From Candidatus Hermodarchaeota archaeon (GTDB lineage Archaea > Asgardarchaeota > Thorarchaeia > Thorarchaeales > Thorarchaeaceae), in NCBI GenBank assembly GCA_048885865.1, contig JBHLLF010000015.1:1-64000 (forward strand): DNA of 64,000 nucleotides. The letters are read 5' to 3'. Below are positions 9,191 to 19,720 of the stretch, piece after piece. The stretch's first letter is position 1; every line of letters starts with the position of its first letter. The translations under genes and the position numbers were made by a program. Under the pieces are notes generated by a model. The model saw only the letters and a list, made by a program, of their open reading frames with translations. It searched no databases and was not told where the DNA came from.

Positions 9191-10450
9191 ATGACTGACT
9201 ATAAGGTCAAGGATATTGGTCTTGCCGAAGAAGGCAGGATGTTGATTGAGTACGCTGAGAAACACATGCCTGTATTGATGCATCTCAGGAAGAAATACTC
9301 TGAGAGTAAGCCCCTGAAGGGGATGAGAATTGCTGGATGTCTCCATGTGACCAAGGAGACCGCTGTACTGGTTGAAACTCTTCGGGCAGCAGGGGCCGAA
9401 GTCGCATGGTCTGGATGCAATCCATTGTCCACCAACGACAAGGTGGCTGCTGGACTCGCCGCGAACGATGTGCCAGTCTATGCTTGGCATAATCTGAATA
9501 ACGAGGAATACTACTGGTGTATCGAGCAGACACTCAAGACTGAGCCTACCCTCACACTCGATGATGGGGCAGACCTCATATTCACTCTTCACAACAAGCA
9601 TCAAGAACTGATACCGAACCTCTACGGAGGATCAGAGGAAACGACCACCGGTGTTATTCGCGTCCGTGCGATGGCTGATGATGGAGCTTTGAAGTATCCG
9701 ATCATGGCTGTCAACGATGCAGACACCAAGCACTTGTTCGACAATGTGTACGGAACAGGACAGAGCGTCTTTGATGGCGTCATGAGAGCTTCTGCCATAC
9801 TGATTGCTGGGAAGACTGTGGTCATTGGTGGCTATGGGTATTGCGGCCGTGGAATGGCTGAACGTGCACGTGGACTTGGTGCAAATGTGATTGTTACTGA
9901 AGTTGATCCTATTCGTGCGCTACAGGCCAGGATGGATGGCTTCAGGGTCATGCCAATGGATGATGCAGCCCCTGAAGGCGATTTGTTTCTGACCGCTACA
10001 GGAATGAAGGATATCATCACTGGAGCTCATTTTAAGGTCATGAAAGATGGTGCGATGTTTGGCAATGCAGGTCATTACAATGTCGAAATCAATGAGCCCG
10101 ACTTGATTGCACTCAGCAAGGGACCAAAGAAACGGGTCCGTCATGCTCTTGATGAGTATGAGCTGAAGGATGGACGCAGGCTTTACCTGCTTGGTGAAGG
10201 TCGCTTGGTCAATCTTGCAGCTGCTGAAGGCCACCCCTCGGAAGTCATGGACCTGAGCTTCGCTAGTCAGCTCAATGCGATGATTTGGATGACAAAGAAT
10301 GGCAAGGACCTCAAGCCTGCGGTATATGAATTCCCGAAGGAGCTTGATAATGAAACCGCATTTGCCAAGCTTGAAACCATGGACATCAAGATAGACAAAT
10401 GGACACCCGAGCAAGAAGCCTATGCGAAAGCTTATGCTGAGGGGACCTAG
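9191..10450 (+). CDS. ahcY: Adenosylhomocysteinase
   Basis: GCLHVTKETA, CNPLST, EETTTG, KHLFDNVYGTGQS, GRLVNLAAAEGHP. Confidence 0.98.
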   Translation: MTDYKVKDIGLAEEGRMLIEYAEKHMPVLMHLRKKYSESKPLKGMRIAGCLHVTKETAVLVETLRAAGAEVAWSGCNPLSTNDKVAAGLAANDVPVYAWHNLNNEEYYWCIEQTLKTEPTLTLDDGADLIFTLHNKHQELIPNLYGGSEETTTGVIRVRAMADDGALKYPIMAVNDADTKHLFDNVYGTGQSVFDGVMRASAILIAGKTVVIGGYGYCGRGMAERARGLGANVIVTEVDPIRALQARMDGFRVMPMDDAAPEGDLFLTATGMKDIITGAHFKVMKDGAMFGNAGHYNVEINEPDLIALSKGPKKRVRHALDEYELKDGRRLYLLGEGRLVNLAAAEGHPSEVMDLSFASQLNAMIWMTKNGKDLKPAVYEFPKELDNETAFAKLETMDIKIDKWTPEQEAYAKAYAEGT

Positions 10451-10554
10451 TCGAAGGATGGGAGAGTCTTTCCAATAGTAGCGCTCCTTTTCCTAGTTCG
10501 ATAGATGCAAGCATTCTTACCTGCTGGAAACCATATTATATCGGAGAGATTGCT

Positions 10555-10950
10555 ATGAAGATTGTTGGATACTTTGATGGAACAGACTCTATTCTATTGA
10601 CCAATCTAGTGGCACGCGGTTATGGAACTATACCAATTGCTAATGACTGGGATGGTGCAGGAAAGCTTGCATCTCTCATCGAACCAGGAGATGTCGATCT
10701 TCTCGTGGGATACTTGCACAAGGTTATAGCTCCCGAGAGCGAATCAGGAGGAGATATGACGATGCATCGAGGGCTAACTCCATACGATTTGCTTTATCGC
10801 GCGAAAGCGTTTGACATCCCAGCCCTCATTATAGCTCCGAAGGAAGCTCACAAGGCTGCAAAGAAAGCACTTGGCAAAGCTGCCAAATTCGTGACGCTTG
10901 TTACTCCAGAGAATGTTGAAGAGAAGATTTTGGGAATTCTAGCATCTTAG
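10555..10950 (+). CDS. Conserved hypothetical alpha/beta protein
   Basis: GGAG RBS, plausible composition, hairpin downstream; function not recognised. Confidence 0.7.
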   Translation: MKIVGYFDGTDSILLTNLVARGYGTIPIANDWDGAGKLASLIEPGDVDLLVGYLHKVIAPESESGGDMTMHRGLTPYDLLYRAKAFDIPALIIAPKEAHKAAKKALGKAAKFVTLVTPENVEEKILGILAS

Positions 10951-11100
10951 AACGGAATGCAATTCAGGTCGGGAATCCTGCCCGACTCCCATTTTCTAAC
11001 TAGATTCACCTTCTATCTCTGCCCAAAAGCAATCCATCCAAAGCGTAATGCCATAACTTATGAAGCAGAAAGATTTCTTGAGATTCCGGTGATTTCTTCT

Positions 11101-11523
11101 TTGGAGATTGAAGGATTCCTATTTCCGGATGAGCTCTACTACCACCCGGACCATACTTGGGCAAAGATCGAGGGAAGCAAAGTTCGTACAGGAATCACTC
11201 CATATGCAGTGCATCTTGCCGGGGATATTAAGGCGATTACACCCCGCCCCGTAGGAAAAGAGGTCATGATTGGAGGGCCGATTGCTACACTCGAGAGCAA
11301 CAAGTGGGTCGGGCCCATGAGGAATCCCGTTTCTGGAGTTGTTGTTGGATCAAACTCGGCTCTGGAAGATGACTTTAGTGCTCTTGTGAGTGACCCCTAT
11401 GGAGAGGGGTGGATTTGTGTCCTTGAGCCGATTAGTCTTGAAGAAGACTTGAAACAGCTCTTTCATGGGGAAGAAGCGGTGACTGAGTGGATTATAATGG
11501 AGATTCGAGGAAAGGGTGGTTGA
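11101..11523 (+). CDS. Glycine cleavage H-like lipoyl-carrier protein
   Basis: LYYHPDHTWA, TGIT, LESNKWVGP (lipoyl Lys), DPYGEGWI; TTG start after GGTGA. Confidence 0.88.
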   Translation: MEIEGFLFPDELYYHPDHTWAKIEGSKVRTGITPYAVHLAGDIKAITPRPVGKEVMIGGPIATLESNKWVGPMRNPVSGVVVGSNSALEDDFSALVSDPYGEGWICVLEPISLEEDLKQLFHGEEAVTEWIIMEIRGKGG

Positions 11524-11526
11524 AAC

Positions 11527-12474
11527 TCAAATCAACTCTCTCTTCAATATGCCAGTCAGACAACCTATTCCCCCGGCCGCTTTTGTTACCTCACTTATAT
11601 CAACCAGTTGACACCTCAGTCCTAGGTCTTCATAGAACGACTGTGTCTTTGGATTGCCATCAGCAGTCAGGATTTGCTTTGGTCCCAATGTTACGAAGTT
11701 CATTGATAGACCAAGAGATATCTCGGACGCGTCAGGCGCAAAATGCGTAGAGAATCCATGTTCATGTAGTGCTTCTAGCGTTTCTCCAGTTACTCTGCTA
11801 GGTCTACATATTGCGAGATCGCGGTCTGCAAAGCGAAGGTTTCCCATGAGATGCATTGAGCCTGGTGGAAGCTCAGCTTCAACGGTTTCAATCCCCATCT
11901 CCTTCAGAAGGCTTGACACCTGCGAAGCTCCCTCCCTGTTTGTGCGAAAACCGACTCCAATCATGACCGTGTCAGGATTGAGCCATGCTGCATCAGCACC
12001 TTCGAATGTGCCATTCCCACGGATACTTCTCAGGACAGGAATGCCCAGTCTAGACAACGACTCACCAACAAATCTCTCCTCACCAGCTCGTACTGATGAG
12101 GCTGGGCGAGCGAGGATAACTCCCTCAGGTGTAGTAAAGAGTAAGTCTGCCACGAACATTAGATTGGGAGGCGGCTTGGCCGAAGGGTCCACGTAGGACA
12201 TAGCTACGCGTGCTTTCCTGAATGCTGCTGCAATATCATCATGCTGCTTCGTGATGACTTCTATGAAGGGAACCTCAATCATCTGCACCTTGTCTGGATC
12301 TGAGATACCAGTGAGTTCAATTCCCGGGCAATGAAGGAGCACTCTCTTGAGACGAGTCCATTCATTGTTTACTCCGCAAGAACTCCATATGGTTCCAATC
12401 TCCTCTTTCATCGATTTCTTCCGGGGAAACCATCCTTCGCCACCATATGGAGAGGTCTTTGACCGTTCTTTCAT
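11527..12474 (-). CDS. Amidinotransferase/dimethylarginine dimethylaminohydrolase (pentein) family protein
   Basis: GVNNEWTRLKRVLLH, FEGAD, MHL, C-terminal GGIGCLT nucleophile. Confidence 0.88.
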   Translation of the reverse strand: MKERSKTSPYGGEGWFPRKKSMKEEIGTIWSSCGVNNEWTRLKRVLLHCPGIELTGISDPDKVQMIEVPFIEVITKQHDDIAAAFRKARVAMSYVDPSAKPPPNLMFVADLLFTTPEGVILARPASSVRAGEERFVGESLSRLGIPVLRSIRGNGTFEGADAAWLNPDTVMIGVGFRTNREGASQVSSLLKEMGIETVEAELPPGSMHLMGNLRFADRDLAICRPSRVTGETLEALHEHGFSTHFAPDASEISLGLSMNFVTLGPKQILTADGNPKTQSFYEDLGLRCQLVDISEVTKAAGGIGCLTGILKRELI

Positions 12475-12498
12475 CTGCAGCACCCAAGTGGCTTCCAA

Positions 12499-12533
12499 GA
12501 AAATGTGATGGCAAGGGAGTCAACCCCCTCGCC
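12499..12533 (-). terminator. Putative hairpin terminator after dodecin
   Basis: Minus strand GGCGAGGGGG-TTGA-CTCCCTTGCC followed by ATCACATTTTCT. Confidence 0.4.
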
Positions 12534-12554
12534 AATCTCTACTAATAATCGAGT

Positions 12555-12770
12555 CTATTCCTTCTCATACTTGAAACTTAATGCAACCCGAGCTCGATAG
12601 GCAACAATCTTGCCATCCTCGATTTTGACATCAAGGTCCTTTACCTCAGCAATTCTAAGATCACGCAAGTTCTTGGCAGCCTGGGCTACAGCAACCGCTA
12701 CCGCGTCCTCCCAGCTCTTAGCGCTGGTGCCCACTAGGTCGATTATCTTGTATACGCTTCCATCTTCCAT
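12555..12770 (-). CDS. Dodecin (flavin-binding)
   Basis: VYKIIDLVGTS..SWEDAV..AV..A.K.LR.LR...V...KIE.GKIVAYR. Confidence 0.92.
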   Translation of the reverse strand: MEDGSVYKIIDLVGTSAKSWEDAVAVAVAQAAKNLRDLRIAEVKDLDVKIEDGKIVAYRARVALSFKYEKE

Positions 12771-12842
12771 ATTTCTCACTCCGAAAAGAGTATGATATTC
12801 CCTATGCACTCTTGGACAAAAGGATTACTGGACATTGAACAT

Positions 12843-13094
12843 CTAGATATTGGACCCAAACCTCTGAATTTCTGCGCTTAACACACTATCACAGTAGACG
12901 CATACAAGCAGATTGACAAGTGGAGGGTGCTCGTTCACTCGTCCTATCTGCGACTTGAAAGTCCCTCTGACAAACCGTGGCAATCGCTGGATGAATGCTT
13001 CAATTTGTTGTAAATAGTCATCATCAATTTCTGATATGAAGCTCCCTGTGAGTCTAACTCTCAATTCCTCAGAACAATACGGACATTTTGGCAT
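12843..13094 (-). CDS. Small protein with split Zn ribbon
   Basis: MPKCPYC ... CVYC. Confidence 0.6.
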   Translation of the reverse strand: MPKCPYCSEELRVRLTGSFISEIDDDYLQQIEAFIQRLPRFVRGTFKSQIGRVNEHPPLVNLLVCVYCDSVLSAEIQRFGSNI

Positions 13095-13195
13095 GAGAAT
13101 TCTACTCAAATTAGCATATGTACTCTTGCGAATTTTCAATTGGGACTATACATCCATAAGCAGTAGCACTCTATCTCTGAAATGAGGGTTGCGAG

Positions 13196-13519
13196 ATGGA
13201 ACTCAGTCCATGTGGTCATGCCTGTGACATCTGTCCTAGCTACAAGGGAGAAAGTGGTCGTCAGTGTTCAGGATGTCTAGACTCAAAGGGTGAGCCATGG
13301 TGGGGCAATTGCAGGCTCTTCGAATGCGCTAGTACGAAAGGAGTACGTCATTGCGGTATGTGCGATGAGTTTCCCTGTGACCTTCAGATCGGACATTTCG
13401 ATCCATCCAATCCTAAAGGTCAACGGAATGCAGTCTTGCGAACCGGTGTGCTTGCTTTTTGGGCGAAGCATGGTGAAGACAAGACAGTCGAATTAGTCAA
13501 GAGAGTTCATGGAATCTGA
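13196..13519 (+). CDS. DUF3795 Cys-rich protein
   Basis: PCGHACDIC, CSGC, C..FEC...KGVRHCGMCDEFPC. Confidence 0.85.
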   Translation: MELSPCGHACDICPSYKGESGRQCSGCLDSKGEPWWGNCRLFECASTKGVRHCGMCDEFPCDLQIGHFDPSNPKGQRNAVLRTGVLAFWAKHGEDKTVELVKRVHGI

Positions 13520-13610
13520 ATCTGTCCTTAGCTTCTTGCGATTGCATATCTGTTTTGATTCAAGAACAGATAATAATAGGCAAATACTAGCCTGACGAGG
13601 AGATTGTGAT

Positions 13611-15029
13611 ATGAGAAGCTCGGAGAAGCTCAGTAGGAAAAACCTCTGGGGTTATGCGTTTGGTGCAATTCCAACTGGACTCTTGGGATTCGTTTTTAGC
13701 TTCAAGTACATCGAGTTCTTCTTCGATGACCTTGCACTTCTCCCTTCATTTTTCATTCTTGGGCAGATTATCTACATGACTATCAACTCACTGAACGATC
13801 CGCTATCTGGTCAGCTATCAGATAGAACTGACAGAGAACGATGGGGAAGCAGGCGTCTAATCTACATCAAATATGGCGGTCCAATCTGGGCACTCACCTT
13901 CCTGCTTGTGTGGTTTCCGTGGAGTCTAACAAATCAGATAGTCATCTTCTTGCACTATGTTGTGACCATATGTCTCTTTGACACAATGTACACCCTAGTC
14001 ATTCTTCTTTGGCTTGCATTACTTCCCGAGATGACCATGGACATTGATGAGCGTAATAAAGCTCAGTTCTTCGCAACGATTTTGGGCACCGTAGTGACTC
14101 TACCCGTCTTTATAATAATTGCAAGTATTCCGCCTAATTCAGATCAGTTCAGGGCAATAATGTTCATTCTAGCCGCAATTTCTACGGTTTTCATTTTACT
14201 TACAGCCTCTATGTGTGAGGAGCGTCCTGAGTTCCAGAGTGACAAGGTCTTCACTCTAAAGGAATCAATCATTGCCACATTTCGATCAAGGGCATTTCTT
14301 GTCTATGCCGGATTCTATCTCTGTCAGAATATGCTGGGAAGCTTGGGCTTGAGTTACTTCTTCGTATATCTGCTTCTCTTGGAGAGAATTACGCCGGGAC
14401 TAGACGTCATTCTCCTATTCTTTGTCGTCTACTTCATAGTCGGATATTTGGGAAACATCATAGCAATCCGGCTCCAGTCGAGATGGGGAATGAGAAGAAT
14501 CATGCTTAGGTTCGGGATTGTTAGAGTCATAGGTTCGTTGGTCCTTTTCCTCATCATACTTGTACCATCTCTCGAATGGACAATATGGTTCGGACTCATT
14601 GTGATTACTCTTGCATCTGGTTACGGCATTTTCCACATTCCAATGCAGTACTTAGCAATAGATGAGGATGAGGTGCTTCACGGCTCACGGAGAGAGGGTA
14701 TGTTCATCGGAGTAATGGCACTGTTGACTCGTCCAGGGACTAGTCTTGGCCCCATAGTAGCCACGTTTGTGCTTACAGCTTTTGGCTACATTCAAAGCGG
14801 TTTGCCTGCGGCTCAGCCTGCATCCGCTCTACTTGGAATCAAGATTCTCTGGCTACTAGTACCAGCAATAGTGGCGGGATTAAGTCTAGTCTTCATCTAC
14901 TTCTATCCGTTGCATGATGAGGCGTTAGCAGAGATGCAGGAAAAACTGCAGAGGCTTCATGAGGAAAAGAGAGCCGCTCTTCTTGAAGGGGATCAAAAAA
15001 CCTCAGACTTTGCATCAACAGCTAATTAG
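13611..15029 (+). CDS. MFS glycoside-pentoside-hexuronide (MelB/GPH-like) transporter
   Basis: NDPLSGQLSDRT..RWGSRR, ALLPEMT.D..ER, GSRREGMF; about 12 TM. Confidence 0.9.
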   Translation: MRSSEKLSRKNLWGYAFGAIPTGLLGFVFSFKYIEFFFDDLALLPSFFILGQIIYMTINSLNDPLSGQLSDRTDRERWGSRRLIYIKYGGPIWALTFLLVWFPWSLTNQIVIFLHYVVTICLFDTMYTLVILLWLALLPEMTMDIDERNKAQFFATILGTVVTLPVFIIIASIPPNSDQFRAIMFILAAISTVFILLTASMCEERPEFQSDKVFTLKESIIATFRSRAFLVYAGFYLCQNMLGSLGLSYFFVYLLLLERITPGLDVILLFFVVYFIVGYLGNIIAIRLQSRWGMRRIMLRFGIVRVIGSLVLFLIILVPSLEWTIWFGLIVITLASGYGIFHIPMQYLAIDEDEVLHGSRREGMFIGVMALLTRPGTSLGPIVATFVLTAFGYIQSGLPAAQPASALLGIKILWLLVPAIVAGLSLVFIYFYPLHDEALAEMQEKLQRLHEEKRAALLEGDQKTSDFASTAN

Positions 15030-16188
15030 GGATGTCTATAGGATAAGAGCTGTATTTCTCCCGAACCTCCATAACTGCTTCCCATCTGTCAATAGTCACA
15101 GATGGAACAATGCTGTGCCCACTGCTGAATAGATATCCTCCTCCAGGAGCTATTTCTCGAATCAACTTCATACTATATTCCTTAATCTCAGAGATGTTTC
15201 CAGTAGCCAACATGACAGGACTGATGTTCCCTACGAAAGTAAGCCTGTCACCATATTTCTCAGCGAGATTGAAAATATCATAATCAGGATTTGCAGTTGT
15301 GGGTTCAATTGGATGAATTGCGTCTACGCCACAATTCACGATATCATCAAATATCATTGACAAATCCCCATCTGAATGTAGCAGAATCTTGCAATCCCTT
15401 TTATGCGCAGCATCACAGATTCGATTGAGCCAAGGAAAGACATATGTTTTGAAGTTCCGTGGACTCATGAATAACCCATTTTTAAAGCCATAGTCATCCC
15501 AGATTAGGACAACCTCAGCACCGTTCTCTGCAAGGATACTGACCAGTTCAAGTGCTAGATTCCCTCTGTCATCAAAGATCTTCTTTGCCTGTTTGGGCTT
15601 TGCCAAGATGCGTGAGAATACCTCAATTCCAAAAGGTTCCCAAGCAGGTTCGAACATTCCACCAATCGCAGGGACAGACAGGATTTCATTGTTCATCTGT
15701 TCTTGAACCTGTTTGCCAGCCCGGAAAGCAGCAAGTCGCCGTTTCTCATGTGGGCTTGGTTGTTTCCATTTCTCATAATCTTCGAAGCTCTTTAGATATC
15801 CTCCACGATAACCAAGAATCAGAGTTCCATCCTCATAATAGTCCACATTCATGATTCTACCAAACTCGTCTATGTAACCCCCCTCGATGCCTTTGCGATA
15901 CGTATGTGTTACATAACTGAGACCAATATCAATCTTGAGACGTCGGAGAAGCTCATAGCCGTCGACCAAACCTTGGGCAAGCCATTTTTGATTTGAGAAT
16001 GCCCAGTTTGCAATGCGGTCCTTGCCTGGAAGCCGTTTTATGGATTCATATCCGTCCTTAATTCCAGCACCAGGGTCAAGACCGTAGTGCTGCATGATTG
16101 TGTTGTTTGTGAAGGCACTCTCAAACGCTGGAACTCTGTCAGGTTCCTCATGGTTAAGTGCCATCAAAACTCGTGTTGGTGCGTCCAA
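15022..16188 (-). CDS. UroD/MtaA-fold putative methyltransferase (HSDG variant)
   Basis: ALNHEEPDRVP, WDDYG, LLHSDGD, AIHPIE, APGGGYLFSSGHS. Confidence 0.85.
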   Translation of the reverse strand: MDAPTRVLMALNHEEPDRVPAFESAFTNNTIMQHYGLDPGAGIKDGYESIKRLPGKDRIANWAFSNQKWLAQGLVDGYELLRRLKIDIGLSYVTHTYRKGIEGGYIDEFGRIMNVDYYEDGTLILGYRGGYLKSFEDYEKWKQPSPHEKRRLAAFRAGKQVQEQMNNEILSVPAIGGMFEPAWEPFGIEVFSRILAKPKQAKKIFDDRGNLALELVSILAENGAEVVLIWDDYGFKNGLFMSPRNFKTYVFPWLNRICDAAHKRDCKILLHSDGDLSMIFDDIVNCGVDAIHPIEPTTANPDYDIFNLAEKYGDRLTFVGNISPVMLATGNISEIKEYSMKLIREIAPGGGYLFSSGHSIVPSVTIDRWEAVMEVREKYSSYPIDIPN

Positions 16189-16193
16189 TCGTG

Positions 16194-16823
16194 CTATCCC
16201 TCCAACAGTGCTCTGATGCGCCGGACACCTTCTATTGCATCTGCCCCGAAGTCATCAGCTCCCATCTTCTTCGCAAGATCCATACTAAGAGGGGCACCAC
16301 CAACGATAATCTTCACATTGTTTCTAAGACCAGCATCGCTTAGGGCGTTTCCAATTACACGAATCTCATTGACTGTCATTGTTAGTAGACAGCTCAGAGC
16401 CACAATACGAGCTCCACTCTCCTTAACAGCCTCTACAACTTTCTCAGCTGGACAGTCCATCCCAAGATCGATGACATCATATCCCGCAGACATCAGCATA
16501 GTAATGAGGATGTTCTTCCCGATGTCGTGATTGTCGCCTTTGACAGTTGCAGCGATTACCTTCTCACGCTCAACCATCTCATCAGCTTTGAGGTGGGGTT
16601 CAAGAACAGCTACAGCCTCTTTCATCGTTTCGCCTGCTAACACAAGCTCGGCGAGAAAATACTCGTTCTTCTCATAGAGCGTACCAACTTCGTTCATACC
16701 CTCAGAGAGTGCTTGAAGAACATCCTGGGGGTTGGAACCAGCGTCAATATTCTTCCTAACAATCTCAGCGATGTCATCTACCTCTAGTTGGACTACCGCA
16801 TCTGTCACTTCTTTTAATGTCAT
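16194..16823 (-). CDS. Corrinoid (cobalamin-binding) methyl-acceptor protein, MtaC/MtbC-like
   Basis: B12 cap helices, GDNHDIGKN (DxHxxG), DLG.D, IIVGGAP. Confidence 0.95.
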   Translation of the reverse strand: MTLKEVTDAVVQLEVDDIAEIVRKNIDAGSNPQDVLQALSEGMNEVGTLYEKNEYFLAELVLAGETMKEAVAVLEPHLKADEMVEREKVIAATVKGDNHDIGKNILITMLMSAGYDVIDLGMDCPAEKVVEAVKESGARIVALSCLLTMTVNEIRVIGNALSDAGLRNNVKIIVGGAPLSMDLAKKMGADDFGADAIEGVRRIRALLEG

Positions 16824-16969
16824 AGTGATTCCAGCCTTCGGGGATTTTATCGAAAACTACCACCTACAGCTCCACATTAGATTGCATGGGTGTATTTGTT
16901 TGTTTCAGAATAGAATCGGAAAGAGATTAATCTCATATTGAGGGAATAGGATGAAGGTTGGAGTTAGGT

Positions 16970-19702
16970 ATGACAAAGAAACCCTATGGCTCAGGTTACT
17001 TCGGCGAGTGGATTATGGATGAGTTTGGTCTTCCAGCCTACCGATATACTTGTGACCAGACCACAGATCCAAAGGCTGTTTCACCGATGACAGAGGAATG
17101 GCGAGCCAACACAGACCATCTCCATCAGGTTGGAAATGATAGACTTGTGGCAGTTGTTTCCAACTATGGTCAGGTCCAAGTAAGGCAGGATGAGGGTAGT
17201 CCCAAGTTCCTAAATGATTATGACCCCTCAAGATTCCAATATGGTGGTGGTATAGGGTATTTGACTGATGGAGAAACATTCCTCAGTACATTCTACACTG
17301 GACAAGCAGACTCGTTTGACCGCAATTTTGGAATGGGCTATTTTCGAAAGACTGTGAAGGACAATTCACTTGTTGCGGACCAGATTATCTTTGCACCATT
17401 TGGCGATGAACCACTGGTGGTTTCACAGGTCACGATAAAGAACGAACGTGACAAAGCTGCTGATCTCAGATGGATTGAATACTGGGGTTGTCAGCAATAT
17501 CAGTTCTCATTCAAGTCGTTCATGATGTCGATAGCTCTGAAAAAGCCAACTTCAGACATTCGTAGGGAGTTCAGCCGGCGATTTGATCATAAGACGGAGG
17601 TCATAGAGAAGAATAGAGGATTGCTGAACTCAAAGCGTTTCAAAGGAAACACAATGAGTGACAAAGTCACCTGGAAGGCCTTGAATAGGTACTTAGCCAC
17701 AAAGGGAAAACATCTGACTGGTGGTGCTGTCAAGGCTCCAATTAAGGAAACAGTTCTTGAGGATGAAACTCCACCAGCAACATTCTTGGTTTCGTTGGAT
17801 GCTCCTGCTGATGTCGTAGGTACGGATGTTGTGAGTTTCTTTGGTAAGGGTGGTGTTATTGCACCTGATGGGTTGCAGAGCACATTGTCCATGAGTACTG
17901 CCAAAAGGACTGAAACGGGCTTCCTCTTGGAGAGAAAACTGAGTCTTGCACCTGGAGAAGAACAGACTCTCTATTTCGTCTACGGCTATCTGCCTGAAGG
18001 ATTTACACTCGACTCACTTGTTGCCAAGTTTGAGAAAGATCCATCTAATTTATTGGCAAAATCCTGTGAGCAGTGGAAGGCAAACAGGATTCAACTAGTA
18101 ACTGATGATGAATGGGTGGATAGGGAACTAAGTTGGCACAATTACTACCTAAGAGGCAATCTTACTTTTGACAGCTTCTTCAATGAACATATTCTCTCTC
18201 AGGGTCACATGTATCAGTACATAATTGGAATTCAAGCAGCCGCTCGAGACCCTCTCCAGCATGCGTTGCCTTTTGTCTTCTCTCAGCCTGAAATTGTGAA
18301 GAATATCATAAGATACACACTCAAGACAGTGACCCCAGAGGGAAACATCCCGTATGGTATTGTTGGACATGGAATGTATATGCCATCTCCATGGCGCCCC
18401 AGTGATCAGCAACTTTGGCTCCTCTGGTTGACTAGTGAATATGTTCTAGGAAATAGGGATGTTGAGTTCCTTGACGAAAGCATCACCATGTATCCCATTT
18501 ACGGGAAGAAAACCAGGCAAGCCAAGGTTCGTGACGTGCTCGCCCTATGTTTCAGGTACTTTATCGATACAAATGCAACAGGAAAACATGGACTGTCAAG
18601 GCTCTCTTATGGCGACTGGAATGACATGGTTGTACATGGGTATGTCCCACAAGAGAAACGGGATGAAGTCACTGAGGTGGGTGAAAGTATGTTGAATGCG
18701 AGCATGGCCACCTATGTGCTGAATCTATACTCACAGCTACTCACATACATAGGAGAACCTGATTTTGCAAACGAGTCACTCGATTTTGCTAGGAAACAAC
18801 AAGATGCAGTGAATCAGCAATGGCATGGCAAATGGTTTAAACGTGCATGGCTTGGCGACGCTCTTGGATGGGTTGGTACTGATGTCATGTGGCTTGAACC
18901 ACAGCCGTGGTCAATCATAGGCAGTGCTGCGACTAAAGAACAAGCTGATATTCTTCTGAGGTCCTTGAGTGACCTTGCTAGGTCCTCCTCCAAACATGGA
19001 GCAGTGATTCTCTCCAAGCCCATAGAACTGATGGCTGGCAATCCAGGTATCGGCACAAATGCTGGCGTCTGGCCTTCAATCAATGGTACATTGATTTGGG
19101 CGCTTGCGCTTCTAGATGGGGGTTTAGCTTGGGATGAGTGGACGAGAAACTCTCTGGCCAAACATGCAGAGGAATACCCTGAGGTATGGTATGGAATCTG
19201 GAGCGGCCCAGATACCTATAATTCCGAGTTCGCAGATCGGCCGGGGCAAACAATTGTCGTAGAAGCAAGAGGAGGAGTAAGAGATGCCATTGAGGAGGGG
19301 GAGGAAGAAGAGGAGGGATTCATGGGAGTGGGATGGACAGACTTCCCTGTAATGAATATGCATCCGCATGCATGGCCCCTGTATACTATTGGGAAGCTCA
19401 TGGGAATCGAGTTCAACAGCAAAGGAGTAGATTTGGCTCCAACATTGCCTAAGGACAAATACAAGTTCTCAACACCCCTCATAGAGATAGAGAAGTCAGA
19501 TGAGGGGTACTCAGGAAAGTACTCGCCTAAATCACCAGGAACATGGAAAATGTCCTTAAAACTAGATGAGCGGGAATTGGAGATGATGAAAGTTCTTCTT
19601 GTGAACAAGAAAGAGGTCGATATTGCTCGAGAGGGGAACAGAATAGTGTGGGAAGGCCAAAGCACAGAGGACGAACCACTGATATGGAATCTCAGGTTTT
19701 AG
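16970..19702 (+). CDS. GH94-like glycoside phosphorylase/hydrolase
   Basis: ARDPLQH, catalytic-type GDWND, GESMLNA, W.GKWFKRAW, WLEPQPW, GVWPSING; alternative TTG start at 16958. Confidence 0.78.
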   Translation: MTKKPYGSGYFGEWIMDEFGLPAYRYTCDQTTDPKAVSPMTEEWRANTDHLHQVGNDRLVAVVSNYGQVQVRQDEGSPKFLNDYDPSRFQYGGGIGYLTDGETFLSTFYTGQADSFDRNFGMGYFRKTVKDNSLVADQIIFAPFGDEPLVVSQVTIKNERDKAADLRWIEYWGCQQYQFSFKSFMMSIALKKPTSDIRREFSRRFDHKTEVIEKNRGLLNSKRFKGNTMSDKVTWKALNRYLATKGKHLTGGAVKAPIKETVLEDETPPATFLVSLDAPADVVGTDVVSFFGKGGVIAPDGLQSTLSMSTAKRTETGFLLERKLSLAPGEEQTLYFVYGYLPEGFTLDSLVAKFEKDPSNLLAKSCEQWKANRIQLVTDDEWVDRELSWHNYYLRGNLTFDSFFNEHILSQGHMYQYIIGIQAAARDPLQHALPFVFSQPEIVKNIIRYTLKTVTPEGNIPYGIVGHGMYMPSPWRPSDQQLWLLWLTSEYVLGNRDVEFLDESITMYPIYGKKTRQAKVRDVLALCFRYFIDTNATGKHGLSRLSYGDWNDMVVHGYVPQEKRDEVTEVGESMLNASMATYVLNLYSQLLTYIGEPDFANESLDFARKQQDAVNQQWHGKWFKRAWLGDALGWVGTDVMWLEPQPWSIIGSAATKEQADILLRSLSDLARSSSKHGAVILSKPIELMAGNPGIGTNAGVWPSINGTLIWALALLDGGLAWDEWTRNSLAKHAEEYPEVWYGIWSGPDTYNSEFADRPGQTIVVEARGGVRDAIEEGEEEEEGFMGVGWTDFPVMNMHPHAWPLYTIGKLMGIEFNSKGVDLAPTLPKDKYKFSTPLIEIEKSDEGYSGKYSPKSPGTWKMSLKLDERELEMMKVLLVNKKEVDIAREGNRIVWEGQSTEDEPLIWNLRF

Positions 19703-19720
19703 ATTAAGAGATGCCTAGCA

